DNA of 64,000 bases from Vicugna vicugna (GCA_013265495.1 MU057701.1:1240001-1304000); one strand, 5' to 3'; positions 48,949 to 62,294 are shown, numbered from the stretch's first letter. Numbers and translations are program-made. Notes: generated by a model from the sequence alone, not told the origin.

Positions 48949-49236
48949 CTCCAGTGGATGAAGTCAAGCTCTCCATCCTGTTGCATGATGAGGTGGAGTC
49001 TGGGAAGGCCGTTGTCCTTCGGTGCTCTGTGAACGAAGGATCTGGTCCCATCACGTACAAGTTTTACAAAGAAAAAGAGGGGAAGCCCTTCTATCAGACC
49101 ACCTTGAATGACACCCAGGCCATTTGGCACAAGGCAAAGGCTAGCAAGGAGCAGGAGGGACAGTATTATTGCACGGCCTCTAACAGAGCCAACCTTTCCA
49201 AAAACGTACTCCAAAGCAACATACTGACAGTCAGAG
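48949..49236 (+). CDS. PECAM1: PECAM1 exon 8, Ig domain 6
   Basis: APVDEVKLSIL...VLRCSVNEGSGPITYKFY...EGQYYCTASNRAN...LTVR; tttcag/gtgagt; 288 nt. Confidence 0.97.
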
Positions 49237-49870
49237 GTGAGTCGCGGCCTCAGTGGCAAAATGTAGTGTGAGCTCTTAGGGCAAGGCCAAGAAAGCACAC
49301 GACTTGTAAGAGGAAGTGGATGGGAGTTTAATGCATCTCGTTGAGGGTTAAGGGACCAACGTCCTCCAGGCTCTTTGGCTGCAGATCACAAAAACCCACT
49401 CAAGTATAAAATAGGCACTGATTATTATAAGGAATTAGAAGTGTTTCACACAGTCCTAATCACAGATTCTTGGTGGAGAGATACCAACTGGCCCATCTTG
49501 GGTCAGAGACCACCAGGGACCATTTATGGACAAGAGGATTGGGCCATGCGGAGCAGACGTGGTTAGAGGAGCCCACCAGCCCATGTGGTTAGAGGGTTAT
49601 TTATAGAGAAGGAGGAGGGATGAACAGACACCCCAAAAAGAGCCTCCTTTAGTCCTGTGGCCCTTTCGGACCATCACTGACTCTCTTTGTAGCAGAAACA
49701 ACCATTTCTGCACCAACTATGAACACAGAGTCCCTCAGAGGTACACGTTCAGTGTAAGACGCCGGTTACAAGGATGTAAAAATCAGTCCTATTTGTTGCT
49801 TAAGGCTGATATTATTTCTCGCTGGTGGAGGAAACACCTCTATATTAAAAATTTTTTTTTGCATTTCCAG

Positions 49871-49978
49871 TCTATCTTGCCCCCTGGAAGAAAGGGCTTA
49901 TCGCAGTGGTTGTCATCATAGTGGTAATTGCCACCTTGATACTTGCGGCCAGATGCTATTTCCTGAAGAAAACCAAGG
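49871..49978 (+). CDS. PECAM1: PECAM1 exon 9, transmembrane segment
   Basis: VYLAPWKKGLIAVVVIIVVIATLILAARCYFLKKTK; ttccag/gtgagc; 108 nt; juxtamembrane Cys retained. Confidence 0.97.
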
Positions 49979-51065
49979 GTGAGCAGTCCTTTCATTCTGC
50001 CAAACAGCTGCCTTGCCGGGGCCGGCCGTGGATGTGAGGGCTGCAGTGGGAGCTGGGGAGACGTGACTCACGACGATTGTCTTCCTCCTGCCGTGTCACC
50101 TTGGTAGCCAAAAATTTTGGCTTTGGTGGGTGTGGAGCTCTTATTGCCCCTGGATTTAGCTAGGCAGAAGTGAAAGCCATGGCTTTCCTGGTTGGGCACC
50201 CCAGAAAAGATGAATTTGGGGGAAGTGGCATCAACATGTGCTCAGAAGTGTGGATTTGGCCACACCTCGTCCGACAGTTGGTAGAGCTGGGGGGTGAGTG
50301 TTATGGAGACACTCCACAACACACACCCTGAGTGCCTCCCAGTTCATCTGCTGGTTGTGCCATGATTTCTGCCCTGTGCTTGGGGCTAACCATGCCTGGA
50401 AGGGAAGCCAGGCTCACCCACGGACACTCAGGATTCAGAGTCAGCTAAGCCAGACTCAAGGACAAAGGCACAGCACCAGTGAAGTCTGCAAAAATTTGCT
50501 TGTGGGATAAGGCGGGTTCTGTTGGAGCCCCTGGTGCTGCTGCCTAGGACGGGAGGGGGCAGAAGGGATGAGGAGGGTGTTTTTTCCTAGAGCAGGAAAG
50601 GGGCAATCCCTCTGGGCAGACAGACTCCAGGACAAACTCCTTCCTAAGGCTGAGTCTAGGTCTCAGGCCAGTTTGGAATTCAAAGCACAGGGATGGATGT
50701 AGCCTTTACTTTGGGGGATGGTCTTGAAGCAAATAGTTGTCTGCTTGTCTGGTTCATGTGGTTCCCGTGCTGTTGTCTTCCTCTCTGTCCCACTGCGTGA
50801 AGGAAAACCGCTCTGAGCTAAAACAGTCAAAATGTCATATTTGGGGGGAAATGGTGTGAAATCTCTTGATATAAGACCAAGAGAAGGCCTGCTTTGTTTG
50901 TTTCCTTTTTTTTTTTTAAGTGGGACTATGTTTGGCTTTCTGTTCTCTCTTTTTATGGGTATTCAGTATTGAAAAAAAATCAAATGTGGTGGAAACGATT
51001 GTTCCCCTCTGGTATGGATGTGGATTCTTTATACTGACTTTGGTTCTTCTCTTTGTCTTTTAAAG

Positions 51066-51093
51066 CCAAGCAGATTCCTGTGGAGATGTCCAG
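51066..51093 (+). CDS. PECAM1: PECAM1 exon 10 (AKQIPVEMS)
   Basis: long pyrimidine tract then taaag; donor gtcagt; 28 nt. Confidence 0.94.
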
Positions 51094-51680
51094 GTCAGTG
51101 TACTTGGAAGAGGGGTGGCTGTCCTGTGGGTGTGGATAGACTTGTCTGGAGGGATTCCTGTCATTAGAAGTTTTCAGTGGTTCTTGGCAAACTCAGAAAA
51201 ATCAGGACCTTGGGTGTGAGTGGTGTAGGGGTGTGTGTGTGTGTATGTCTGTGTGTGTGTCTCAGTGAAAGATTGCCAACTGTCCTTCACAGGAAGGAAT
51301 GGCTTTTTTCTGAGGTCATGTCCTTTCTACATTTTTCCTTATGAAAATATAATGGTAGTAGATGGAATTTTAAAATTTTTACTGACTTGGCAAAATAGAG
51401 TTGGCTTTAAAAAAAAAATGGTTGTACTATTTTTACTGTTCTTGAAATCTAAAATCCCAAAGTATGGAAACTATAGCTCTGTTCCTGAGAGAAACAGGAG
51501 CACATTATTTATCAAATAATCACAGAGCTGAAAAAGCATTAGTTCCAAATGAGAGTGAAATTTTCCTCGCTTCAGAAAACTCTTCCTGGTTTTCTCATAA
51601 TCTTTCTTTGATTCTTTTGTTGGTTTGGAATTAGAGTCAAAAAATGTGATTTTTTTTTCTTTCTTAAATTTCAATTTAAG

Positions 51681-51757
51681 GCCGGCAGCACCACTTCTGA
51701 ACTCCAATACTGAGAAGGCGTTGTCCGATCCCAGTACTGAAGCCAATAGACATTATG
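51681..51757 (+). CDS. PECAM1: PECAM1 exon 11 (RPAAPLLNSNTEKALSDPSTEANRHY)
   Basis: tttaag/gtacag; 77 nt; frame continues from exon 10. Confidence 0.95.
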
Positions 51758-53545
51758 GTACAGTGATGGTTTTGTGCAGTTGCTAAGAGTTTTCCCCAGC
51801 TTGCTACACACTCTCCTATCCCTCTGAGCAGCAGAATCTAGGCAGTGGGGTGAGGCTGGAAGGGAAGCCCTGGCTTCCAGCAGGGACACTTAATCTAATC
51901 AGTCATTGGGTGGTGAGCTAATAAGCAAAACAAAAACTTAAGAAAGGCAGAACATTGTGCTCTGATTTTTGCCACCTTGTAAATATCCCAAGGAATGAAA
52001 GGTGGGGAACCATTACAATTACAGTGCTATGGACGCCCCTCGTGGGTTATCTCCAACACTGGACCCTGCCCAAGTGTCATCATTCTCCATTTGCAAGAGA
52101 GAGCCCAGCTATCAAATGAAGGCCTTGGTAAAATGTCTGAGATGGAATTATTTATTGCAAGCACAAGGCAGTTTCATTTCAATCTTGCCATGATGGGAAA
52201 CCAATTTAAAGATTTCACTGTTAATTCCACTGCTTTGGCTGCAATAAAATTGATTTTGAAATTAAAAAAAGAAGATTTCACTAATAATAAAGGCATTTGA
52301 AAAAAAAAAGTGGTACAATAAAGGAATACCTGGTTAGAGGTTTATTGCACACTTGAGAGTCAGCTCAGTAGGGTGGGGTGGCAAACCCAGGAGATCTAAA
52401 TCCCATTAGGTCTGTGAGAAAACCGTTCAAGCCTTTTAGCACAGATGCTGGCAATTTCCTAGGGAGCTATGATTATATCACACAAAACGTTCTGCCCCAG
52501 ACAGGTTTGGGAATTAAACACTGCTGTTCTTTTCTTAATTCTGTAACAATGTCCCACAAAATATAGAGAAATTTTTAGGATATACCAGGGCATTCTTGAG
52601 AAACAAATAAGCAATTCCTATGGTACTAAATCATAAATGTTTTAAAAAGTAAAATAAGACATTTGTCATAATAAAAGCCATGTGCTAATGAAGAGAAAAG
52701 AGCAAATATGTCATTTAAGAAACAACATTCAGAAAAATTTGGTGAATATTTAGCAAAAAGTAACCCAGTGCTGTAGAGAAAATCTCTCTTTGTGGAGTAA
52801 AATGGGTTATGATGGTAATTTGTATTATACATAACTAGAGATATGAGACTTTAAATTAAATGTTGAGAAAGGCTTACATTAAAACAGAATTTCCTCCCAA
52901 ATTTCCAAGAATGCAAGAAATACTCCAATTCTTATTATATTTTCTCTGCATAGATTATTTCAGCTTATAAATATGTTAGTAATCACAGTAGTATTTAGTA
53001 AATACATAATGGAACAGAATGGAAACCCAGGTGTTCTTCAGGAATAATATTTAACATTCATAAAAATTCTTTTTAATAAAGAACAGCTTGACAAAAAAGA
53101 GTAAAAATTTTTTGCCCATGCCCATGGAGGTGGCAGCCTGGAAGTCCTTCAAGCCACAATCTCATGGATCCAGTTCTGGAGAGAGTTAGTTTACTAACAT
53201 CCTTCATGTTTGTGGTCACTGGCTTGTCCCTTCTAGAATTAAGCTTAACTTCTTTGGAACTTGCTTCTAGTGAACAATTCTGAATTTGGCACAATTCATA
53301 AACAGACGTTGCCCTCCCGTGCAGTGATGGGCATCTCACCGGTTTTAGAAGGAGACCAGGCAGTGGGTTGGCTGGGGCCCAGGGGCACCAGGAGGGAACT
53401 CAGAACCCAGATACACTGCTGGCTGCTAACTGCACTGAAGAAATTAGGCTTGACTCTTTTCATTAGTGGCATTGATTTTTTTAAAGTTATATAGAAAACT
53501 AAGAGTTCCACCGTCACTCATCTTAATTGTGACTTTTCAAACTAG

Positions 53546-53599
53546 GTTACAATGAAGAGGTTGGAAACCATGCAATGAAACCATTAAATGAAAACAAAG
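53546..53599 (+). CDS. PECAM1: PECAM1 exon 12 (GYNEEVGNHAMKPLNENK)
   Basis: aactag/gtaatt; 54 nt. Confidence 0.95.
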
Positions 53600-54605
53600 G
53601 TAATTATCTAATTAGGTGGTTTTTTTTTTTAATTAGAAACCTTTGCTTTTGAGTAAAAGACCCCCAGGAAGAACTAAAGCTGTGAAGACCTGTGAACATT
53701 TCTTCGCCTCTCTCGGGTGGAGGTGGCTGTTGCTTCTCCAAAGAAACTAGTGTCTTGTTGTTATTACTTATTTTCAGAATAAGCACAGTGCTATTTTATT
53801 TTATATAGTGTATTTTTCATTTTTATTAAACATTTAGTAGATACAAATTATAAGTTGTGTATAAAATATAAACAACAGCGCTTCAATAACTGCATACTCA
53901 TCCCCTTTAAAAAAAAAATTTCCGCTACCTTTAAAGTACCTTGTGTATTTCTCCCCACCCCAGCCCCTTAACATTTTTTTTTGCCAGCTTTGATGAGATA
54001 TAATTGGCATATAACATTGTGTGAGCTTGACGTGTACAACGTGATAATTTGCATTACTGCTGTATCAAAACCCACCTGGGCCTCTACTGTCGAAGAGGAG
54101 GGAGATTCCCCCCCGATTTATTTAGCAGCCCATTCTGAAACAGGAAGTTCCATTTTGGGTGTAACTTGATTTTCTACCTCATATGTATGCCTCATACTCT
54201 CAAAGCAATTTTAGGCTGGGGACCCTATTCCCCATTTCCTAAGATCCTTTCCACCTTGGAGAAGGTGTTCTGTGCCTATGGCCGTGGAGAAGGCTTCTAG
54301 GGTTAACTGCTGTGGCTGATGCTGGGTGTTTTCTGTAGCTACTGAGCTTTGCAAATCCTCCTACTGTAGTAACAAGGGGACCTGAGCAGGAGGGTCCTTT
54401 CACATCCTGGGGGGCTGCAGGCCTCATCACTACCTCTTCCGGCCTGAGTTTTCTTACCCATTTAGAATGAAGTCAAGCCTGCATCTGTCCTCCCCTTTAA
54501 AATACAGTATACTGTGATCATTTTGAATGTAAATCTTTCATGTGCTCTGATGCCTCCACAGAGAGGTTTTATCTAACTGCAACGTGCTGTGGTTCTTTTG
54601 AGCAG

Positions 54606-54668
54606 AGCCTCTGACCTTGGACGTGGAGTACACTGAAGTGGAAGTGACCTCACCTGAGCCTCACCGAG
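54606..54668 (+). CDS. PECAM1: PECAM1 exon 13 with ITIM VEYTEV
   Basis: EPLTLDVEYTEVEVTSPEPHR; gagcag/gtaaca; 63 nt. Confidence 0.96.
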
Positions 54669-55849
54669 GTAACACCATCACTCGAGTGATTCCCCATGCT
54701 TTACTATCTGCTTGGGTATAGACGCCAGGGTGGGCTGTGTTGCAGCCCAGGGACCAGAGCCCAGTCACCCTCCTTGCTCAGAAGGGAGGTGGTCAGCAGA
54801 CAGATGGGCTGGTCGTGCTTAAGGCAGGAGCGGTGACCCCCATCCAGGCTTCGAGGTGTAAAACGTCATTAATTTATCATACTACTAATAACAGATGTAT
54901 TTTATTGAGCAATTACTAAGTGTCAAGAAGTGGATTTACTAAGAGACGGTTGCAGGCAGCCTCACTCCTGGGTGTCTGGACATTCTTCCAGAGTTATCCC
55001 CCTTGCCCTAACCCAGCACGTTTCTTTAAAAGTTGCTTGCTGACTGAGCTTATGTAAATAAAATGCATATTTGAAGGAAGCAAGGGCTTGGCTATTTAAA
55101 GGGATACTTGGATAAAGCCTTTTAAAAGCACAGAATCTCTCTCCATGTAAACAGTGGCACCATCTTTATTCAGGTTTTGTTTTTATGTGTGTGGTTCTCT
55201 TGGGGGCAGGCTGCCCTGGAGGAAAGCAGAGATCCCGAGCTCTGGTTCTGGCTGGGGAGACTGACTCAGGGTGGGTTCGTCCACAGCAAGCTCTAGGACA
55301 ACAATCTCAGTTGCTTTGGGCCCCACAAAAAACCTGCATATTCTCCCAAACCTCCTTAGCGTCCCCAGAGGCTGCCACGCAGAGGAAGCAGCCACCCCGA
55401 GCCTTCCTGCCCTGCTGGCTTGCATCCCATTTCTGCTGAGGCTGATGCCAAGCTGCGTCCACTCAGCCTGGCACACCTGGGGCCACTTTACAGACCATGC
55501 CTGTGAGCATTAGCCAGAGCCATGTGGTGACGGTGTTCTCTTGTCATCTCTTGCTCCATGATCCAGAAGGAGTTTTGGGTTCCTTCCTTCTTCCCTTGCT
55601 TAGCATGGTTCCAGGTACCACGGCCACAGGTGTGTGCATGGAACCTTCTGGGCAGAGCTGGCTGCAGCACAACAGGACCACCATGCCTGCAGCCTGCAGC
55701 CAGCATGGCCCGGTCTACATGGCTGCACAGGGCATCCCACTTCCACGTCTAGACTGGACCGGGGAGGTTGGGCACCATGGCTGGCCTGAAGTCCTCTTCC
55801 TCTTTATTTCATGGTAAAGCGATTCGCCTGTTGGGTTAACAAATTAAGG

Positions 55850-56680
55850 GCTGGTGATAGACCAGCCCCAAAGTGAGCAGCAAAGATACTTATGTGGCCC
55901 CCCTAACCCCATGGAGATACAGCCTATGTGGGAGCCTCGGAAACAGAACCGATGAGCAGATAGTATCAGGTTAGAGTCAGTGCTCACAGGAAGAAGCATG
56001 GGGTGTGATGAGAAGGCGTGAACAGTGATGCATTTTCTGGCTGCCTAGTATTAGGAAGCCTACTTGCAGCGTGGCTTTGAGCTGGGGCCTGAAAGGCACA
56101 ACCAAGTTGGCTCCACCAAGAGGAGGGAGGCCTAGGAGGACTGAGGACATGCACAGGACAGGGGGAGGTGGCCTGGAGCTTGGCTGGTTAAGGATCTGAA
56201 AGGAGACTCATGTCTGCAGAGCCAGCGAGAAGGAGCAGAGCCAGGTGAAGCTGGGAGCACAGGGCGGGGGCACCAGAGGTTCTCTTTGTTCTAGTCTCAG
56301 TGCATTGGGGCCTTTGGAAGCTTTTAAGCAGCAAATTGATAGGTTCCAATTTCCTTCTTTAAAAACCATCCTGGTGGCTGGTGTGGAGGACAGATTGAAG
56401 GGGCTAAATAAGGAAACCAGGCAAGAGGGGGTGAAGATGGAGCCAAAGTGCTGGCAGCGGATGGATTCTGGATATATTTTAGAGACAGATCGCAGCCTAT
56501 GGCCAGGATGGGGGATAATCACGTTAACACTATGTGTTTCTTGACTAAACAATGGCATGGATGGTCGAGATGACTGCAGTTGGGAAGAACAGGCTTATGG
56601 GGAGCTTGGTTCAGTTGGGTTAAGTTTGACAGCCCAGGAGAAGACACCCCAGGGGTTTGATGCTCAGAACTGGGTCTGGG
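55850..56680. mobile_element. L2 fragments
   Basis: gatggattctggatatattttagag and related L2 motifs. Confidence 0.55.
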
Positions 56681-58476
56681 TGGACTGTGGCCAGTGGGAC
56701 TTTTGGGGGCTCTGCGCCAGCCTTCCCTGGTCCAGCCCAAGCCCCTCCATCACTGTGCATTGTGGGCTCCATCCCATGGGCCACTTCCTCTTAAAGAGGC
56801 TTCAGGCTTGGGGAAAAAGGGGAACCACAACAAGAGGGCAGGGCTGAATGTGTGAGGGGAAACCCTGCTGTCCTCCGCGCATCACTGGGCGCTCCAGCAG
56901 GCAGCGATGGCCCTGGGCTCTGGCCTCAAGGATCTGATACCTATCCCAGAGGGCCAGGCCCCACTCTCACCTGCCGGCTGGGCCAGGGCGAGAAGGAATT
57001 ATGAGGGCTTGCCTGAGGCCTGGAGGGCTTGGGATTTATGGAAACTGAAGCAGAAGAAGGAAGCAGGATTTGGCCTTGGGAAGGCGTCCATTTTCCATTT
57101 CTCTAGGGATGTTTCCACGTTAGCAGTATCTGGTTTTCTTTTTCTTGCTTGAAGGTGGGGAGGGAATGGAAGGGAAAAGAGGACCCCTGAGACTGGGTGA
57201 AGTGGGGACATTTCCTTTCCCAGCTGTGCAGCTGCAGGGTTGTCCACCCAGGTCACCTTTTCCCAGTTTGCACAATGGTGCTGTGTGGTCTGTGCGGGCC
57301 TTGGCAGAGCTGGAATGAAAGTCACTTGGATGGAAATGGAGAGTTTCTAGAGGATTCAAGTTGCGTTTTCTGGACCCAGCCTCCTTGGCAACTAAGGGAC
57401 AGTGGGGGAGGGTGGCCTGGCCCACGATGCTGTCCCCTTACTTTCTCATGGGTGGGGAGGGGGGCGTTCCTAGGTGAGGAAAAGACTTTGTGGGTTCAAG
57501 GCCAGCGGTGAGTAAACTTGGCCTGGTCTTGGCCAACCCAGTTCCCCATCCTCAAGGCTTCCCTCCTCTACAGATGGGGTGGAGGAAGCAATGAGGACTG
57601 CATCCAGCAGTAGCCCTGCCTGGCAGCTGACCAAGTGGTCACTTGGGGATGGAGGAGGGGTGGGAAGGAACTCGTTAAACGCCGGTTTGCTGCCTGTTTG
57701 CTCTGAGACCGATTCCTGGGAAAACCCCATGACGTTGAAGCCATCTCTTTCTCTGTTAACAGAGAAAAACAGGAGCCAAAATAAAGCCCATCCGGAAACA
57801 TCCCTGACAGCACAGACAAACAGCCTGTTGGCCTGGTTTAGTCATTAGCAGGCAGCTGCTGCCACGGAGCAGCAAGAGGAAGGCAGCTCCGATGAGCTGC
57901 AGACCCCGCCCCCATCACTGGGCTGGGCAGAGCCAGGTGGGCAGCAGGAGAAACCCTGGGGGCAGCTGCAAATCTGGCAGCTCAACCAAGAAGTGAAACC
58001 ACCCTGCCGCCCTAGCTGATACGCAGAGTTGTGAAGTGGAAGAGAGTCAAGCGCAGCTCCTCGGGGCCAGAGGATGTCAGAATGTCCCCAGGATGACTGG
58101 GGAGGGCCACTGGCCACCCCTTATGTGCCTCGGGTTAGGGAGTTCCCAAGGATGTCTAGACCCCCAGGCTTGGCTGCTCGGCACCCTCACTCCATTCCCT
58201 CCTCACCGCCCCCAGGGCCCGTTTGGTGCTGGGTCAGAGGATAAGCTGGCAGGGTCCCAGTGCACCTGGCGTGCAGTGTCCTAGAATGTTTATCACAGCA
58301 TTGTTTGCACACCGTCCACCCCAGAGCCTGGAGCTCCTCAAAAGCTGAAACCAGGTCCTGTTTACCTTTTCCTCTTCCATGGCGTCCAGCACACAGTAGG
58401 TATTAGGACCGTGTGACTTGCCCGGGCCTGATATTGAGCAGGTCAGTCATCTTGTCTGCTATTCAGAAAGGGCCCA

Positions 58477-58640
58477 GACCAGAGGTTCTCAACCCTGCCT
58501 GCATCTTAGAATTCCCTGAGGAGCAATTAAAAAACACCAATGCCAGGGTCCACCCTCAACCAATTCAATCAGAAGCAGCAGTCAGGCCCAGGTGTTGGCA
58601 TCGGAAATCAACTAGCCCAGCTGTCAAGATTTGTAAGCAG
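58477..58640. mobile_element. MER5-like hAT element
   Basis: cagaggttctcaaccctgcctgcatcttagaattccctgaggagc. Confidence 0.6.
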
Positions 58641-59082
58641 GTCTCAGTCCCAGCTGATCCTTAGAGATCCAGACGATGCCCAGGCTCTAACCCAGACTTT
58701 GGGTGTTAGGGAGGCCACAGCCCAGCCTCCTGGGAGGGGCTGACAGAGCAGCTGGACACAGGGAAAGAGGGCTGGGGCCACTGAGCTAGAGGCTGCAGGT
58801 CTGTGCTGGGGGTCCCTCTACCTTTGGCGCCCTAGGTCCAGGGTTCCCACAGCGGTCTGTTGGCCTTGTACTTCCAGACTGAGAGTGGCGCTGGTTAGAC
58901 CAGGATCTTCTAAAGCTGGGAAACAGCTTGGGCTTAGTAATGACAAGGACTCCAGGTGCTCCTGGAGATGGGCACTTGTGGGATGGGGTAGTGGGATGCA
59001 GCCTCCAGTATTTTCCGGCTTCAGCAGTGGGCTGACCTGGTGCCCAGAGGCAGCTGTTGACCTGTGCCTGGTCCCTTTCCAG

Positions 59083-59139
59083 GTCTGGGAACAAAGGGCA
59101 CGGAGACGGTGTACAGTGAAATCCGGAAGGCTGACCCTG
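59083..59139 (+). CDS. PECAM1: PECAM1 exon 14 with ITSM/ITIM TVYSEI
   Basis: GLGTKGTETVYSEIRKADP; ttccag/gtgagt; 57 nt; the remaining exons were not found in the window. Confidence 0.96.
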
Positions 59140-59864
59140 GTGAGTGAGGACCCCCTAACTGCCCCAGTCTGGGGTTGGGGGGAGGGCACTTTCCCTGGAA
59201 TCATCCACAGGGTCTTGGGAGTGGGCAGGGAAAATAAGGAGCAAAGGAGGCCAAGAAAGATGCCACCTTACACCAGAGTTGTTGACTCTGTCTCCCCCCC
59301 TCACCCTTACAAAGTGGCCTCGGGTTACAGGTACTATTTATTTCGTTGATTGCCGGCCGCATGCCAGGCAAACAAAATCTCATACATTCACACTCAGCAG
59401 TGGCCAGTTGGACTAGAGCGTGTCCTGGTGCCGCTGTATGCTCACAAGATGCCCAGCAGCATTCCGGGCACTTGTGACCCCCGAGAGAAGCAGTGTGGCC
59501 CTGCCTGTTCTCAGATACCAGCCACAGAGCCTCACCTGCTCCTCACACGGGCCAGGCCATGGTGCACCGGGGCTCCTGAAAGTCTCAGGCAAAGTCAGTG
59601 CTTTGCTTTGAAAATGTTCAGTAGCTCCAGCCTTTCTGAGAGCACAATGACTTTAGGTGGCGGGGTGTGGATCTGCTCTCATTTCCTTTGACTTCTGCCC
59701 AGAACCCACTTCATTTCCCATCTCCACTGCTTCCCCAGGAAGAGCTTCCCCCAGGACTGAGCACAGTGCCCAAGCAGACACGGAACTGGGCAAGTGCCCA
59801 ACAATCTCATTTTTTGTGTAATTATTCTATTCTCATGAAATGAAATCCACAAAGACTACTTTTA

Positions 59865-60169
59865 TTTATTTTTTAAAATCTAGTTGACATACAATGTTAT
59901 GTTCTTTTCCAGTGTACTACATAATGATTTGATATTTGCATACATTATAAAATGATCACCACAATATGTCCGGTAACTATCTGTCCCCATATAAAGTTAT
60001 TATGATATTATTGGCCATATTCCTTATGCTATATATCATATCCCCGTGACTTTTTTTTAATGTGACTGGAGGCTTGTACCTAATCCCCTACACCTGTTGT
60101 GTCACCCCTCCTCCACCCCCGTCCCTTCTGGCATCAGGTTTGTTCTCTGTATCTATGAGTCTGTTTTCA
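59865..60169 (-). mobile_element. L1 3' end with perfect 17-bp TSD
   Basis: cacaaagactactttta at 59848-59864 and 60170-60186. Confidence 0.9.
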
Positions 60170-60449
60170 CACAAAGACTACTTTTAAATTCTGAAAATAA
60201 GTTGCAACCCAAAAGACATAAGCATTCTGGGGGAAATGGTCCCTATGTGGCTATCTTGCTTTGTACAACAGCCTTCTATTTAAGTGGATCCTTTGAAAGG
60301 AAATTATTAAAATGGGCTGGGCAACTTCCGTAAAGCCCAGCTGCCCTGAGGGTGGTCCAGAGACGGGCGGCAGTGGTCTCAGGCCCAGCCCAGCCCCGCA
60401 GGGTCAGAACCTCCAGAATCTGAACTCCAGCAAGGTCCCACATCTCTCT

Positions 60450-60687
60450 CTTTTTTTAGTGCTAATTAATGGTTTTCTCTAATTCTGATATGATGGCCTA
60501 ATTTACTTTTTTCATTATTACCTTTATTACATTCTTACCTGTGGTCAGTGATTTTTTTTTAATTAAGATATAGTCGATGTACAATATTACATGAGTTACA
60601 GGTGTACAACATAGTGATTCACAATTTTTAAAGTTTAGATTCCATTTATAGTTACTACAAAATACTGACTATTCCTTGTGTTTTTTG
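60450..60687 (-). mobile_element. short L1 3' end plus ~95 bp extra sequence inside one TSD pair
   Basis: TSD ggtcccacatct(c/t)tct at 60434-60449 and 60688-60703. Confidence 0.75.
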
Positions 60688-62294
60688 GGTCCCACATCTT
60701 TCTGGTGCTGCCAACATTTGAGAGACACTGTCTTACCTGAAGAGCCTACTTTTTTATCTGAAATAGGAATCACTTCTTAATTAATCTTTTTTAAAGTGAT
60801 ATTTTCATGGGTGGAGCAGAAACTCAGCCCCTTGGGGAACTTGACCCTGACTGAAAACCATTTCTTGGAGGATTTTTGGCTTCAGTGCCTCATTTTGCAT
60901 TCTTAATATATTCAGAGCTAGCAAAATGCACATTTGGAAAGAAATTCTTCTAGTGAAACAGAAAGCTAAAGGTCATTTAGGGTCCCAGTTGTTGAGTGGT
61001 TGGGCCAAAATGCACCTCTTGCTTTCCTCGTGGTCCCTGAGGTGGTTCACTTTCAGTTGCTTCGGTTATACAAACACTCATATTTATTGAGCGCTTGCTG
61101 TTTGTGCTAAAAGTGGTCTATGTTACATTATCTCTTTCCAGCCTCCACAACAAACCCCATTTTACAGATGAGGATACTGAGGCACAGGGAAGTTAAAACA
61201 CTTGCCCAGGGTTAGTGTTAGTCCCCGAGAACTGGCCCACCCGGGAGCCGGAGTCCCTGCTCCTGATCAATGACCTGCGCTGCCTTTGGTCTTGGTGAAG
61301 GAAAGCTGGTGAAGTGCACGTGGCCTCCACACTCCCCGCCCTGGTGCTACCAGCTGTGTAACTTTGACCAAGATGCCTAACCCCTCTAAGACTCAATTTC
61401 TTCAACCATTAAATGGAGGTGGGATTAAGTGAGAAAAAGGGATGAGATAGCATCAGGGGAGATGGCCCCAGTTATCCCGAGCACGCAGTCAGTGTGTTAC
61501 CCCTACCAACAGTGAGCATTCAGTCCATTGTAGCTGAAGATCGCGTGAGGAAATTGAGCCCTGGAGTTCAGTGCCTGGCCCAGGGCAAGACCAGCGCCAT
61601 CTCGGGGCTCCCAGGCCAGGGCACTCCCACTGTGCTATCGGGGCCACTGGGGGTCGACTGGGGCTTGAGTCTCTCTGCAGTCTTGTCGCTAACCTGGCAG
61701 CCGGCTCCTGCCCAGGGATTGAGGGCAGAGCGAGCCCTGGGTCTTGTAGGCAAAACTGTGTCACTGCTGTGAAAACCTGTGCCCCCACCTTGCTGAGGAG
61801 GGCCCTGTCCTGGGAGCCCGGAGTTCCTGCTTTTGAGTATTTCCCCCTCAGCTGCTGCCCAAGGGGAGGAGGCTGCAGGCCTTGGTTGATTCTGCTCCCC
61901 TTTTCTTTCTTTTGTTTCTTCTGTCAGCTGCTCACTTAATCTTAAAATCATTATAGGGTTGATGGAAGCTCCATTATTAGTCCTGCTCTACAGATGGGCA
62001 AGAGGCCCCGGGGTGAAATAGCTGGCCCTGGCCCCAAGGCCCAGGGTGGTGGGGCAGGGATTCGAAGCAGGGTGCCTGGCTGCAGAGCGATTCTCTTTAC
62101 CAGCCTCTTGTTTGCTCTGTGTTGCCAAGCCAACTGGTTTCCACTTTATCATCAGCCTAATTGGAGGTTTCAATTCTGTCTGCTTTGGAAGTTAAGAGTA
62201 ACAGCCTGGTATGGTCTGGGTGACCCTGGCGAGTCATGAAGCCTCTCGGGACCTCAGTCACCTTCTCTGTTGAATGAAAGGCATAGGCTGGAAT

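Noticed and set aside
54598..54606. NAGNAG-like acceptor gagcag at exon 13
   Set aside because: The proximal triplet is GAG, rarely used; the CAG gives the expected 63-nt exon
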